64,000 nucleotides of DNA from an uncultured Gemmatimonadales bacterium. Lineage in GTDB: Bacteria; Gemmatimonadota; Gemmatimonadetes; Gemmatimonadales; GWC2-71-9. This document shows, in pieces, positions 20,626 through 31,490 of this stretch (within the stretch, counting starts at the first letter, position 1; each line of letters starts with the position of its first letter). A program made the translations under genes and the position numbers. The stretch is taken from NCBI GenBank assembly GCA_963771275.1, contig CAVYSW010000006.1, positions 1 to 64,000 on the forward strand, written 5' to 3'. The notes under the pieces are model-generated. The model made no database searches, had not been told where the DNA came from, and saw nothing but the letters and a program-made list of their open reading frames with translations.

Positions 20626-21711
20626 TTACGGAAGCTCGCGCAACTCGGTGCGCCCGTCGGAAAGCAACTCCGCCCCGGCTCCGGTCAACCAGACATCGTC
20701 CTCCAACCGGACCCCACCCCACCCCACAAAGTACACGCCGGGCTCGATTGTGACCACCGCGTCCTCGGGGAGCGGCTCGCCGTTGGACCGACCCAGCCGG
20801 GGCGCTTCGTGGACCTCGAGCCCGAGACCGTGGCCCAGCGAATGCCCGAACGCCGCGCCGTAGCCTCGCGCCTCGATCACGCCCCGCGCCAGCGCGTCGG
20901 CGGCGCTCCCGCTCATGCCCGCCCGCACCCCGTCCCGGGCCCGCTGCTGCGCCTCGCGCACCAGCTCGTACATGGCGCGCTGGCGCTCGTCCGCGCGACC
21001 CACCACCACGGTCCGCGTGAGGTCGGCGCAGTAGCCATCCAGCTGCGCGCCGAAGTCGAGCAGCACCAGGTCGCCCCGTTCGACGGAGCGGCCGCCGGTG
21101 CGCGCGTGCGGCAGCGCCGACCGGGGGCCCGAGGCCACGATGGTCGGAAACGGGTGCCACTCGCTTCCCCGGCGGCGCAGCTCGCGCTCCAGCACGGCGG
21201 CGAGATCCCGTTCGGTCACGCCCGGCCGCACGGCACCCGCCGCCGACTCGAACGCCTCACCCGCCAGCCGCGCCGCTTCGCGGATGGCCGCAACCTCCCA
21301 GGCGCTCTTGCGCGCGCGCAGCCGCTCGACCCGCCCGCCGGCCGGTCGCAGCTCCACCCCCTGGGCGGCTTCCGCGGCCCGGCGCAGCGTCGCGACCGTG
21401 GCCACATCGTCCTCGAAACCGAGCGTCTTCACCGGGATCCCGCGCAGCAGCTTCGCTGCCCGGTCCCACAGATCCGCCGCGGCGATCTCGACGGTCGCGG
21501 CCCCGCCGACTTCGGCCGGTGCCTGTGCCTCGTAGCGAAAATCCGTCAGCAGGATCGTGGCCGCCGGCAGAACCAGCAGGATCCCGGAGCTGCCGGTGAA
21601 CCCCGTCAGGTAGCGGATGTTGGGCAGGTGGGTCACGATCAGGCCGTCGAGCTCGTCCGCCGCGAGCCGCCCCCGCAGCGCCGCCTGTCGTGCCTCCCGC
21701 GCTTCAGCCAC
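20626..21711 (-). CDS. Xaa-Pro aminopeptidase (M24B)
   Basis: NIRYLTGF, DFG..Y.ADLTRT, HSLGHGLGLEVHE, EPGVY, GVRLED. Confidence 0.93.
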   Translation of the reverse strand: MAEAREARQAALRGRLAADELDGLIVTHLPNIRYLTGFTGSSGILLVLPAATILLTDFRYEAQAPAEVGGAATVEIAAADLWDRAAKLLRGIPVKTLGFEDDVATVATLRRAAEAAQGVELRPAGGRVERLRARKSAWEVAAIREAARLAGEAFESAAGAVRPGVTERDLAAVLERELRRRGSEWHPFPTIVASGPRSALPHARTGGRSVERGDLVLLDFGAQLDGYCADLTRTVVVGRADERQRAMYELVREAQQRARDGVRAGMSGSAADALARGVIEARGYGAAFGHSLGHGLGLEVHEAPRLGRSNGEPLPEDAVVTIEPGVYFVGWGGVRLEDDVWLTGAGAELLSDGRTELRELP

Positions 21712-22144
21712 GCTCCCGCAGGCGGTGCACGAGCGCTTCGAGCCCGAGCACATACGATTGTGGCCCGAACCCGGCAACGACGCCCACGGCGAGGTCGGCC
21801 AGCAGGCTGTGCCGCCGCTCGGGCTCACGCGCGAAGATGTTGGAGAGGTGCACCTCGACGAACGGCACCTGCACGGACAGCAGCGCGTCGCGTACGGCCA
21901 GCGACGTATGCGTGAACGCGGCCGCGTTCACCAGCGCGCCGTCCGCCGTGGCCGGGAGGGCCTGGATCAGCTCGACGAACGCGCCTTCGTGATTCGTCTG
22001 ATGCCAGGCGACGGTCGCCCCGAGCTGGCCGCCCCGCTCCACGACGAGCTGTTCGATGTCCCGGAGCGTGCGCCGGCCATACAGATCCGGCTCACGCGTG
22101 CCGAGGAGATTGAGGTTGGGGCCGTTGAGAACGGTGACGCGCAC
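21704..22144 (-). CDS. aroQ: Type II 3-dehydroquinate dehydratase
   Basis: LNGPNLNLLG.REP.YG, FTHTS.A.RDA, EVHLSNI.AREP. Confidence 0.97.
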   Translation of the reverse strand: MRVTVLNGPNLNLLGTREPDLYGRRTLRDIEQLVVERGGQLGATVAWHQTNHEGAFVELIQALPATADGALVNAAAFTHTSLAVRDALLSVQVPFVEVHLSNIFAREPERRHSLLADLAVGVVAGFGPQSYVLGLEALVHRLRERG

Positions 22145-22145
22145 T

Positions 22146-24349
22146 CTAGCTCTTGAGGCTCTTCAACCAGTCGCGGAACGCGTCGTCACCCTCGTCGTCC
22201 GCGAGCGTGTCACGCACGGCCCGATCCTGCTCGGCCGACCCCGCCGTGCCCCCCGTGCCGAAGAAGTCGTCGAACGAGAAGCCACCCGGCGCGGGCTCAC
22301 CGCCGCCCGGCGCTTCGGGCGCCCCGCCGGATGGCGGCGGAGCCGGCGCGGCCTCCCCGAAGATCGCCGCGAGCGAGACCTCGTCGGCCGCCGGCTGGGT
22401 CGGCTGTCCTCTGATCTCTCCGGGTCCCTCGTCGAACGCCTCGTCCATCGGCTCGGGGCCCAGAGGGAGGTTGAGCCCGACATCCACCTCCGACGGCGTC
22501 ACCGTCGCCGTGGTGGCAGGTGGGTTGAGCAGGTCGGCGAGGAAGTCGCGGACCCGCTGGCCACCGCTCTCCATCGCCAGGTAGCGAATGGTGGGCTGCG
22601 CAATCGGGCGGTCCGGCGCCTCGAGCTCGGCGAGGCGCGCGGTGAGCCGCGGGTCGCCGGGGCGCGCTTCGAGCAGCCGGTGGTAGACGTCCCGTGCCTC
22701 GGTGGTCAGCCCCTGCCGGGCGTACAGCTCCGCCATCGTCTCGGTCAGCACCGGCTCCGGCTCCGCCTCGACCACCAGCGGTGCCGACGCCTCCTCTTCC
22801 GGCACGAAGACCGGGAGTCCGGCAAGCGACGCCCGGCGCTCCGCCTGCTGCTGAAGCGCCTCCTGCGCCTCAACCTCCGCCGCGTCGAGCAGCAACGGCG
22901 CCTCGGCCACGAGATCGGGCTCCTGCGGCTCGGGCTCATCCGGCGGCGTGGAACCCTCGACGGCATGGCTCTCGAACCCCTCGACCGGCGTCACCTCCGG
23001 CACGATCGTGGGCGCCACCTCGAGGCCGTCCACCTGCGCCGCGCCAAGCGCCGCGACGTCCGCGGCGTCGGGAAGCGCGGCTTCGCCGGGCTCCAGGATC
23101 CCCTCCACCGGAATGGCGAGGCTCGCCTCGTGCAGCTGCTCGGCCACCGCGAGATCTTCCGACGAGATCTGGTGTGAGACGCGCTCGCCCGCGTCCCACC
23201 CGAGCGACTCGTCGAACGGCTCGATCACGAGCTCATCAGCCTCCGACCGACCCTCCGCCAGGTCGAGCGTGATGGGCTCGGCCTCCGGCTCCTGCTCGAT
23301 CCACATCGCGGCGTCCGCCGGCGCGGCGCCCGCGGCCGGCTCGGGGGCAGGGGCTTCACCCCGCCGCCGACCGGCTCGGTCTCCCCGGTCGCGGACTCGG
23401 GCGCCGCCTCCCTCACCTCGGCGGCCGCCGTCGCGTCCGTGCCGAGCGGCTCCGCGATGGCATCACGTACCACCGCGCCGAGCAGCTCGTCCTCGAGCGT
23501 CGCTTCCTCCACCGGCGGCTCGACCGGCATGTCCGCCTCATTGATCCGCTCGACCGGCAGCGGCTCCAGCTCGGCCGGCTCGACGGCGTACTCCGACGAC
23601 GCCCGCTCGATGGTCATGTCGCCGGCGAATTCCGCCGTCCGCACCTCGAGATCCTCGGACGGCGTGAACTCCTCGCGCTCGATCTCCGCGGCGAGTGCCG
23701 GCCGCCCAGGCTGGTCCGGCGCACTCCACGGGGCCGCTGGGGCCCACGCCGCCGGGGCGATCTCGGCCGGGGGCGGCGATGGCGCCACGGCGAGGGGCTC
23801 GGCCCAGGCGGCCGGAGCGATGTCCGGCGCAGGCGGCGCCGGCGCCTCGACCTCATGCTCCGCCCATGCCGTGGGCGCCGTCTCCGCGGGCTCGGGCGTG
23901 GGTGCCATGGGTTCAATGGGTGCGGCGGCATCGGGGCCGGCGACCACCGCGTCGGACGACAGACGGCTCAGGGCGGCCGCCGCGTCATCGTTCATCGGAT
24001 CGATGTCGAGCAGCCGCTGATACCAGTCCCGCGCCACGCCGGCCTGCCCGGACCGGCCGGCGATTTCCCCCAGGGCTTTCAGGGCAATGATGTGTTCACT
24101 GTCCACCGCGAGCACGCGCTCGAACGTCTCCCGCGCTTCGGTGTCGTTCTGCTGGTCCAGCAGGCACCGGCCGAGCACGACGAGGCCGCTGACGTAGTTG
24201 GGGCGGTCGGTGAGGTGGGCGCGCAGGACATCGAGCGCGTCGTCGAGGCGGCCGAGTTTACGGTAGCTTTCGGCCAACTGAGCGAAGTTCCGGCCAGGAT
24301 CTTCCTGGTACCGGCGCTCAAGCTTTTCAAGCTCGGGTTGGTAGGCCAT
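22146..24349 (-). CDS. TPR protein with long acidic Pro/Ala/Glu-rich region (frameshift near 23330)
   Basis: N-terminal TPRs (FAQLAESYRK.G); ETMAELYARQG TPR near the C-terminus; ends DDAFRDWLKSLKS. Confidence 0.75.
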
Positions 24350-24360
24350 TGTGATGCTCG

Positions 24361-24390
24361 AACTTAGCGATTCTCCCGGAAAACTGTCAA
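24361..24390 (-). promoter_or_regulatory. sigma70-like promoter for the TPR-aroQ-acc run
   Basis: TTGACA-N18-TAAGTT on the minus strand. Confidence 0.55.
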
Positions 24391-24412
24391 CCGGGGAACC
24401 CACGTGAACGGC

Positions 24413-24441
24413 TTGAGATTCCCCGTTGTCGGACTTAGACT
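24413..24441 (+). promoter_or_regulatory. sigma70-like promoter for the SurA/PpiD gene
   Basis: TTGAGA-N17-TAGACT. Confidence 0.55.
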
Positions 24442-24481
24442 TAGCCCCTCTCGACCACGAACGGGCGGGGTGTAGCAGCTT

Positions 24482-26341
24482 ATGATGCGAACCATGCGGG
24501 CCAGCGCCAAGTGGATCATGGGCGTGGTGGCGTTTCTGTTCGTCGGCTGGATGATCTACGGCTACGGGATGGACATCACGGGCCGGGGCTCCAGCCGTTC
24601 GAACGTCGTTGCGCGGGTCAACGGCCGCCCGATCGACGCGCAGACGTTCTACCAGGCGGTCCGCAACGAGCAGGAGCGGATGCGCCAGCAGCAGCAGCCC
24701 ACGCCGAGCACGCTGGAAGAGCAGCGCCAGCTCGAGAACGACGTCATGGAGCAGATGGTCCAGAGCATGATCCTGCGCGACGAGCTCGCGCGGCGCGGGA
24801 TCACGGTCACCGATCAGGAAATCCGCGACGCGGCGCAGACGTCGCCGCCCCCCGAAGTCCTGGACATGCCGGAGTTCCAGACCGAGGGTCGCTTCGACAT
24901 GCAGAAGTACCAGCGGTTCATCCAGTCGAGCGCCGACCCCAGTTTCCTGCTGGCGCTCGAGGCGCGCTACCGCGACGAGCTGCCGCGCATCAAGCTGGCG
25001 GAGCAGCTCACCGCCGGGATCTTCGTGTCCGACGCGGAGCTGTGGCAGGAGTATCACGACCGGCATGATTCGGTCACCGTGGCCGCCCTGGCGCTCGTAC
25101 CGCAGGCGGCGGCCGACTCCGCCACGCCGGTCAGCGACGCCGAGATCGAGGCGTACTACCGCGATCACCGCAAGGACTTCGAGCGCCCCGCCACCGCGTA
25201 CCTGAGCTTCACGGCGGTGTCGCGCCGGGCGAGCGCCTCGGACTCCGCAGCCGCACTCGCGCGCGCCCGGGCGGACCGCCAGGAGATCGTGGACGGCGCG
25301 GATTTCGCCGACGTGGCGAAGCGCGAGTCCGCCGACAGCACGTCACGCGTCAAGGGTGGGGATCTGGGTGAGGTGCCGCGCGGCTCGTTCATCCCCGACT
25401 TCGAGCGGGCGGCCCTGGCGCTCCGCCCGGGGCAGATCTCGGAGCCGGTGCTGACGCAGTACGGCTATCACCTCATCAAGCTGCAGTCGCGGACCGACTC
25501 GACGATCCACGCCTGGCACATCCTCATCCCGATCGAGCCGTACGGGGAACACCTCGCGCAGGTCGAGGCGCAGGCCGACACGCTGGACCTGTTCGCCGCC
25601 GAGCAGGACGATCCGACCGCGCTCGACAACGTGGCGCGCCGCCTCGGCACGCCCGTAGCCCAGGCCCGTCCGCTGCGCGAGGGAGACCGACTCCAGCTCG
25701 GCCGGTTCCTGATCGGGGATGCGGGCATCTGGGCGTTTGGCGGCGCCCAGCCGGGACAGACGTCGCCGGTGATCGAGACCGAGTGGGCCTACTACGTCTT
25801 CCGGCTCGACAGCCTGACGCCGGCCGGCGTCGCCCCGCTCAGCGAGGTCAAGGCCGAGGTCGCGCAACTCGTCGACGGCGTTCGGGCCAAGGAGGCGCTC
25901 AAGCGGACCGCCGCCGAGGTGGCGGACCAGATCAAGGCGGGGGCGAGCCTGGAAACCGTGGCGGCACAGCGCGGCCTGACCGTGCGCACGTTTGGCCCGT
26001 TCACGCGCTACACGCCCCCGCCCGCGCTCCAGGGCGCCCCGGGGGTGGATGGGGCGGCGTTCCGGCTGCGGGTCGGGGAAACCGGGGGGCCCTACCCCAC
26101 CACCTCCGGCAGCTATTTCCTCCGGTCGCTCAAGAAGACCCTGGCCGACAGCGCGCTGTTCACCACGCAGATCGATACGCTGCGCGCGACCGCGCAGCGC
26201 CAGGCCCGCCAGACGCGGGTACAGCTGGTGCTGGCATCCCTGCGGCAGTCGGCAGACGTGAAGGACCTGCGGAAGGAGCTGGAGCAGGCTCAGCGCGCGG
26301 CGCAGGACGCGGCGCCGGCGCCAAGCTCGCGCAACCAGTAG
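24482..26341 (+). CDS. PpiD/SurA-family peptidyl-prolyl isomerase
   Basis: N-terminal TM, SurA N domain, parvulin motif F..VAKRESAD...GGDLG...S.PV.T.YGYHLIK. Confidence 0.9.
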   Translation: MMRTMRASAKWIMGVVAFLFVGWMIYGYGMDITGRGSSRSNVVARVNGRPIDAQTFYQAVRNEQERMRQQQQPTPSTLEEQRQLENDVMEQMVQSMILRDELARRGITVTDQEIRDAAQTSPPPEVLDMPEFQTEGRFDMQKYQRFIQSSADPSFLLALEARYRDELPRIKLAEQLTAGIFVSDAELWQEYHDRHDSVTVAALALVPQAAADSATPVSDAEIEAYYRDHRKDFERPATAYLSFTAVSRRASASDSAAALARARADRQEIVDGADFADVAKRESADSTSRVKGGDLGEVPRGSFIPDFERAALALRPGQISEPVLTQYGYHLIKLQSRTDSTIHAWHILIPIEPYGEHLAQVEAQADTLDLFAAEQDDPTALDNVARRLGTPVAQARPLREGDRLQLGRFLIGDAGIWAFGGAQPGQTSPVIETEWAYYVFRLDSLTPAGVAPLSEVKAEVAQLVDGVRAKEALKRTAAEVADQIKAGASLETVAAQRGLTVRTFGPFTRYTPPPALQGAPGVDGAAFRLRVGETGGPYPTTSGSYFLRSLKKTLADSALFTTQIDTLRATAQRQARQTRVQLVLASLRQSADVKDLRKELEQAQRAAQDAAPAPSSRNQ

Positions 26342-26348
26342 CGCGCGC

Positions 26349-26591
26349 CTACTGACTCAGCTTTTTCGGCTCGCCGTCGCTGACGTCCGCCGTTGCATCC
26401 AGCCGGCGCGTCGGCGGCGGGTTGCTCGTTCCGGCATCGACGCTCTCCTGCACTTCCTTGATGCTGCGCTTGAACTCCCGGATGCCCTTGCCGAGCGCGG
26501 AGCCCATCTCCGGAAGCCGCTTCGCTCCGAAGACGAGCAGCACGATCAGGAGAATGATGAGAATCTCCGGCATGCCGATCTGGCTGAACAT
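26349..26591 (-). CDS. tatA: Twin-arginine translocase TatA
   Basis: EILIILLIVLLVFGAKRLPE.G.ALGKGIREFK. Confidence 0.95.
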   Translation of the reverse strand: MFSQIGMPEILIILLIVLLVFGAKRLPEMGSALGKGIREFKRSIKEVQESVDAGTSNPPPTRRLDATADVSDGEPKKLSQ

Positions 26592-26611
26592 GGGCCCTCG
26601 CTGGTGTAGTG

Positions 26612-26884
26612 CTAGAACAACGACCGCGCGACCAGGTAGGCGATCACGATTCCCACCAGACCGAGGAGGGAAACCTGCAGGCCGACGGGGCCGAGCGTCA
26701 GATTGAGTATAACGAGATCGAGGTGAAACGGCCCAATCGTCGGCGTGACGGTCCAGGTGAAGAACTCCTTGGCCGGCCCGGCGGGGAGAAACCGTTTGAG
26801 GAGCGCCGACAGGAACCCGCCGAGCACGAACCCGACGGTCAGCACTCCCAGATAGAACCGCGGACGCCTGGCCCCGATCGCCAT
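26612..26884 (-). CDS. DUF4321-like small membrane protein
   Basis: Two hydrophobic segments, DLVILNLTLG, SLLGLVG. Confidence 0.65.
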   Translation of the reverse strand: MAIGARRPRFYLGVLTVGFVLGGFLSALLKRFLPAGPAKEFFTWTVTPTIGPFHLDLVILNLTLGPVGLQVSLLGLVGIVIAYLVARSLF

Positions 26885-26885
26885 A

Positions 26886-27881
26886 TCAGCTCCTTCGCGC
26901 CACGGCGTACACCAGGCAGTCCGCGAGGGCGTCCCGCGCCTGCCCGGCCGGCAGCGCCTCCAATTCCCCGGCGCCCCGGTCCGCGTACTCGGCCGCCCGC
27001 GCCCGGGCCCCATCGACTCCGCCCCGCAGGCTCACCACCTCGATCACCTCGGCGACCGCGTCGTCGTCCGGCGCCGGCGTGCGCATCAGCACCGCCACGC
27101 GCTCGCGCTCGGCGGGCGTCATCCGGGGCAGGGCCGCGATCAGCGGCAGGGTGATCTTGTGCTCCTTGAGATCCAGGCCGGACGGCTTGCCCGTCGTGCG
27201 CTCGGACTCCGTGTAGTCGAGCACGTCGTCGGTGATCTGGAACGCCATGCCGAGGTGCGTCCCATAGCGCCGCAGGGCCGCGCGCAGCGCGGGATCGGCG
27301 TCCGTGACGCCCACCTCACAGGCTCCGGACATCAGCGAGGCGGTCTTCGCGCGGATCAGCGCGGTGTACGCGTCCTCCGAGTAGTCGAGCGCGTCGTACG
27401 CCTCGAGCTCGCGCATCTCACCGACCGTCATCTCCGTGGTGACCCGGCTCATCACGCGCAGCGGCTCGGGATCGTCCAGGTTCACGAGCTCCACGATGGC
27501 CCGGGAGTACAGGTAGTCCCCCATGATCACGGCGACCTGGTGGCTGAAGATCGCGTTGATCGTGGGCTGGCCGCGCCGCAGCGCCGAATGGTCCACCGAA
27601 TCGTCGTGGACGAGCGTCGCGATGTGGATCAGCTCGACCGTCGCCGCCAGCGTGACCTTGACGGGCGTGAGCCGGCCGATGGCCCGGGCGGCGAGCAGCA
27701 GCAGCGTGGGGCGGAACAGCTTGCCCTTCATGCGCAGCAGGTGCGCGCTCACGTCCTCGACCATCGGGAAGTCGGACCGTACGATGCGTCCGAGCTCCCC
27801 GAAGGCGGCATCGAGCTCGGCGCGGACCGGGTGCTGGATCGACGCCAGCGTGGCCGGCGCGAGGGGCGAGGTTGCCTTCAA
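26886..27881 (-). CDS. Polyprenyl diphosphate synthase (IspB/HepT-like)
   Basis: GKLFRP, LVHDDSVD...RRG, GDYL, KTASL, FQITDDVLD. Confidence 0.95.
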   Translation of the reverse strand: MKATSPLAPATLASIQHPVRAELDAAFGELGRIVRSDFPMVEDVSAHLLRMKGKLFRPTLLLLAARAIGRLTPVKVTLAATVELIHIATLVHDDSVDHSALRRGQPTINAIFSHQVAVIMGDYLYSRAIVELVNLDDPEPLRVMSRVTTEMTVGEMRELEAYDALDYSEDAYTALIRAKTASLMSGACEVGVTDADPALRAALRRYGTHLGMAFQITDDVLDYTESERTTGKPSGLDLKEHKITLPLIAALPRMTPAERERVAVLMRTPAPDDDAVAEVIEVVSLRGGVDGARARAAEYADRGAGELEALPAGQARDALADCLVYAVARRS

Positions 27882-30183
27882 TGCCCGGCCCCGGAGAGCC
27901 GCTTCACGCGCTCGGCGACGTCCTGAAAGCGAATGTCGAGCGCGAACACCCGCTGATAACACGCGATGGCGTCGGCGTGCTTCCCCATCTCCTCCCCACA
28001 CCGCCCCAGCCAGTACAGCAGGCCGATCTTGGCCTCGTCCCCGGATGGGTCCGTCTCGATGGCACGGCGCATCACGGTGGCGGCAACGGAGAACTGCCCC
28101 TTGTCGAAGAAGCAGGTGCCCAGCGCCTCCGCCGTGCGCAGCCGGCCCGCCGCCGAGCGCAGGGCTTTCTGGAACTCGGCGATCGCCTCGTCGAGCAGGC
28201 CCATCTCCTTGAACGCGACCCCGAGGTCGTAGTGCGCCTGCCAGTCCTCCTCGGCGATATTGGCCTCGATGCCCCGCTTGAACTGCGACAGCATCTCGGC
28301 AAAATCGCGCTCCTCATCCCCCGTCGGCTCCTCGTCCTCCACCCGCATCCGGGTGTCCATCGCGAGCTCGTCCTCCAGGACGAGCGCCCCGAGGTCGATG
28401 AACTCCCCCTCCGGCTTCGCGGCCTTCGCCACCGGCTCGGCGGGGTGCGCCGGCGCGAGCGCGGCGAGGGCCTGCTTGGCCTGCGGGCTGTGCGGATCGT
28501 GCTCCAGGACCCGCTTGTACACCATCTGCGCCCGCTCCAGCACACCCGCCCGTACCAGGGCGTCGCCCAGCCCGAGGTAGGTCTCGACGAGCCGATGCTT
28601 GTCACCGGACCGGTAGGCGTGCTCGACGCGCTTCTGGTGATGGCGCACGCTGTTGGGGTCGAGCCGGATGATCTCATCGACCAGCCCCGCCGCGCTCCGC
28701 CAGTCCCCACCCCGCTCGAACAGGCCGAGGGCGATGTCGAGCTCCTCCAGGGCGCGCTCCCGCTGCCCGACCTCGGTCAACGCCTCGCCGAGCGCCACGT
28801 GGCGTTGCGCGCTGTCGGGGTCGTCCGCCACCGCCGCTTCGAGCGCCCTCACGTCCGGCACCGCGACGGCCACCGCGCGCTCGGCGTCCGCCGTGGTGGC
28901 GAGCACGATCTCCGGCTCCGGCTCCTCCTCTGCCTGCTCCGCGGTCTCGGCGGCGGCTTCCCCTGCCGCCTCTGCCGCTTCTGCCGTTTCGCGGTCAACG
29001 GGTTCTGCGATCAGCGCGTCCGCGCCGTCGATGTCCAGCTCCGGCACAGCGAAAGCCTTGGCGTCCGACGTCCGGATCGCCACGCCTTCGGCGGGAACCT
29101 CGAGCAGCGGGAGGTCGTCGAGCGCCGCCCGCACGTCGTCCAGCTCGGGCAGCTCGATGTCGCCGATGTCGTCGAACTCCTCCCCCTCGGACGGCTCCGT
29201 CGGCGCCTCGACGGCAGTGGCTCCGGCCTGCCAGCCGCCGAGGTCCTCGTCGTCGTCCTCGGCGAGCGATGTCCGCTCGATGTCGAGGCCCGGAGCATCG
29301 AGCTCCGTCGCCCGGAACTCCTGCTGCACGTCGAGGCCATCCAGCCTGCCGACATCGGTGACCTCGTCGTCGGTGACCAGCGCCGTCGACTCGACCTCGA
29401 GCACGTCCGGCCCGACGACCCCCGACGGCTCTTCCGTTTCCGCGACGGCATCCGCCCCGCCGGCCGCCTCGTCCGAGCGGTACGTCTCGTCGAGATCGAG
29501 GAACACGAGGTCGGACGACTTCTCTTTCCGCTCCTTGATCTTGGGCCTGGGCACCCGGCTCGGATCGAAGTCCGGATCGATCGCCTTGATCTGGGCCAGC
29601 GTGCGGCGCGACCGCCGCTCGTCGCCGCTCACCCGCGCCTCGTGAAACAGCTTGGCCAGCTGCTCGCGCGCCTCCGTGGTCCGGGCGGCGGCTTTCAGCT
29701 GCTCCGCGAGGAGCAGGCGGATCTCCTCGTTCTCCGGTGAAAGGTCGGCGAAATCCTGCAGGGCGCGGAACGCCTCGTCGGTCTTCCCCGCCTTCTGCAT
29801 CCGGTCCGCATACTCGAGCAGGTTCTGTTTGGCCTCGGCCACGAAGCCGCGCTCGACCATGAGCTGGGCGAGGCGGAGATAGACGTGCGTCCGCCCGGGC
29901 GCGTTCCGCAGCACCTTGTTGCAGAGCGCGATGGCGTTGTTGGGGAAGCCGAAATCGGCGTACAGCGTTGCCGCACGCTCGTACATGTCGACCGATTCCG
30001 GCACCATCGAGATCTTGAGGTAGAGATCGCCCACCTTGTTGAACAGCGCGAGCTCGGAGGCAAGCTCCGGCCTGCCCTCCAATTCCCGGAGCACCTCGAC
30101 GTAGGCCTCGATCGCCTTCTGAACCTGCCCCTTCTCTTCGAGCTTTCGGGCCCTGAGCTTCTGCCTCTCGACGTTCAGGGATG
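27878..30183 (-). CDS. Multi-TPR protein with acidic disordered middle region (start approximate)
   Basis: Three TPR clusters; C-terminal HYDLGVAFKEMGLLDEAIAEFQ; the frame extends upstream of the called ORF to about 30183. Confidence 0.8.
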
Positions 30184-30224
30184 ACCTCGCGCCGGTAATG
30201 GTGGGAGCCGACTACGCAACTCCG

Positions 30225-31490
30225 CTAAGCGAGTGAATTTAGACCTGCCTCACGGGGGTGACAAGGCAAACCACCCACCCACACCTCCGCGACCAGATTG
30301 CCGCCGTACCAGTATACCAGTTCCCGCCAGTCGCGAGCCGCGGCGAGGGTCAGGTCGGCACGGAACCCGGGGGCGATCTGCCCCCTCGACGCCGCCTCCC
30401 CCAGCGCCGCCGCGCCGTTGACCGTGATGGCCGTGATGGCCTCCGCCGGCAGCATGCGCAGCTGGGAAACCCCGAGCGTTCCCATCAGGGGGAGACTCAC
30501 CCCCGGCGAGCTGCCCGGATTGAAGTCCGTCGCCAGGGCCACCGCGCCACCGGCGTCGATCAACTGGCGGGCCGGCGCCCGGTCCGCCTTGCCGAGGAAG
30601 AGCATGGTCCCCGGCAGCAGCACCGCCACGGTTCCGCTCCGGGCCAGCGCGGCAATCCCCGTGGCCGACACCCGGGCCAGGTGGTCCGCCGAGACGGCTC
30701 CGAGCTCGGCGGCGAGCTCCGCACCACCCGACCCGTCGAGCTCGTCGGCGTGCAGCTTGAGGCCCAGGCCGTGCCGCCCGGCCGCCTCGAGAATGCGTCG
30801 CGACTCCTCCGCGGTGAACACCCCCGGCTCACAGAACACGTCGCAGAACCGCGCGATTCCCTGGCGCGCCACCGCCGGCAGCATCTCGTCGATCACGAGC
30901 CGCAGGTACGCCGCCCGGTCGTCCCGGTAGTCGAGCGGAACCTCGTGGGCGCCGAGAAACGTCGCGATCAGACTGGGCGGGCCCGGCGCCAGCGCGCCGA
31001 TCACGTCGAGCATGCGCAGCTCGGTCGCGGTCTCGAGCCCGTAGCCGGACTTCACCTCGACGGTCGTCGTGCCGTGGGCCAGCAAGTGGGCGAGACGCCG
31101 CCGGGTGAGGTCCGTCAGCTCTGCGGCACTCCGCTCCCGCGTGTCAGCCACCGACGACAGGATCCCGCCGCCCGCCGCCGCGATCGTCTTGTAGTCCATG
31201 CCGCGGGCGCGGCGCTCGTGATCGGCCAGGCGTGCCCGGCCGAACACCGCGTGGGTGTGGGCATCGACGAAGCCGGGGAACAGGACACCCTCGATCTCGA
31301 CGATCGGCACGCCCGCCAGCTCGGGCTTCAGCTCGCGATAGGGCCCGACGGCCGCCACGACGCCGTCGCGCACGAGGACCGCGCCCTCGGCCACGACCTC
31401 CAGGTCGGCCATCTCCCGGCCGCGGCGCGCCCGGGCGGGCCCACGGCAGGTGACGACCTGCGTCGCCCCGACGAGCAGCCTCCCCCTCAA
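30225..31490 (-). CDS. hutI: Imidazolonepropionase
   Basis: [41 protein letters not shown]. Confidence 0.96.
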   Translation of the reverse strand: MRGRLLVGATQVVTCRGPARARRGREMADLEVVAEGAVLVRDGVVAAVGPYRELKPELAGVPIVEIEGVLFPGFVDAHTHAVFGRARLADHERRARGMDYKTIAAAGGGILSSVADTRERSAAELTDLTRRRLAHLLAHGTTTVEVKSGYGLETATELRMLDVIGALAPGPPSLIATFLGAHEVPLDYRDDRAAYLRLVIDEMLPAVARQGIARFCDVFCEPGVFTAEESRRILEAAGRHGLGLKLHADELDGSGGAELAAELGAVSADHLARVSATGIAALARSGTVAVLLPGTMLFLGKADRAPARQLIDAGGAVALATDFNPGSSPGVSLPLMGTLGVSQLRMLPAEAITAITVNGAAALGEAASRGQIAPGFRADLTLAAARDWRELVYWYGGNLVAEVWVGGLPCHPREAGLNSLA

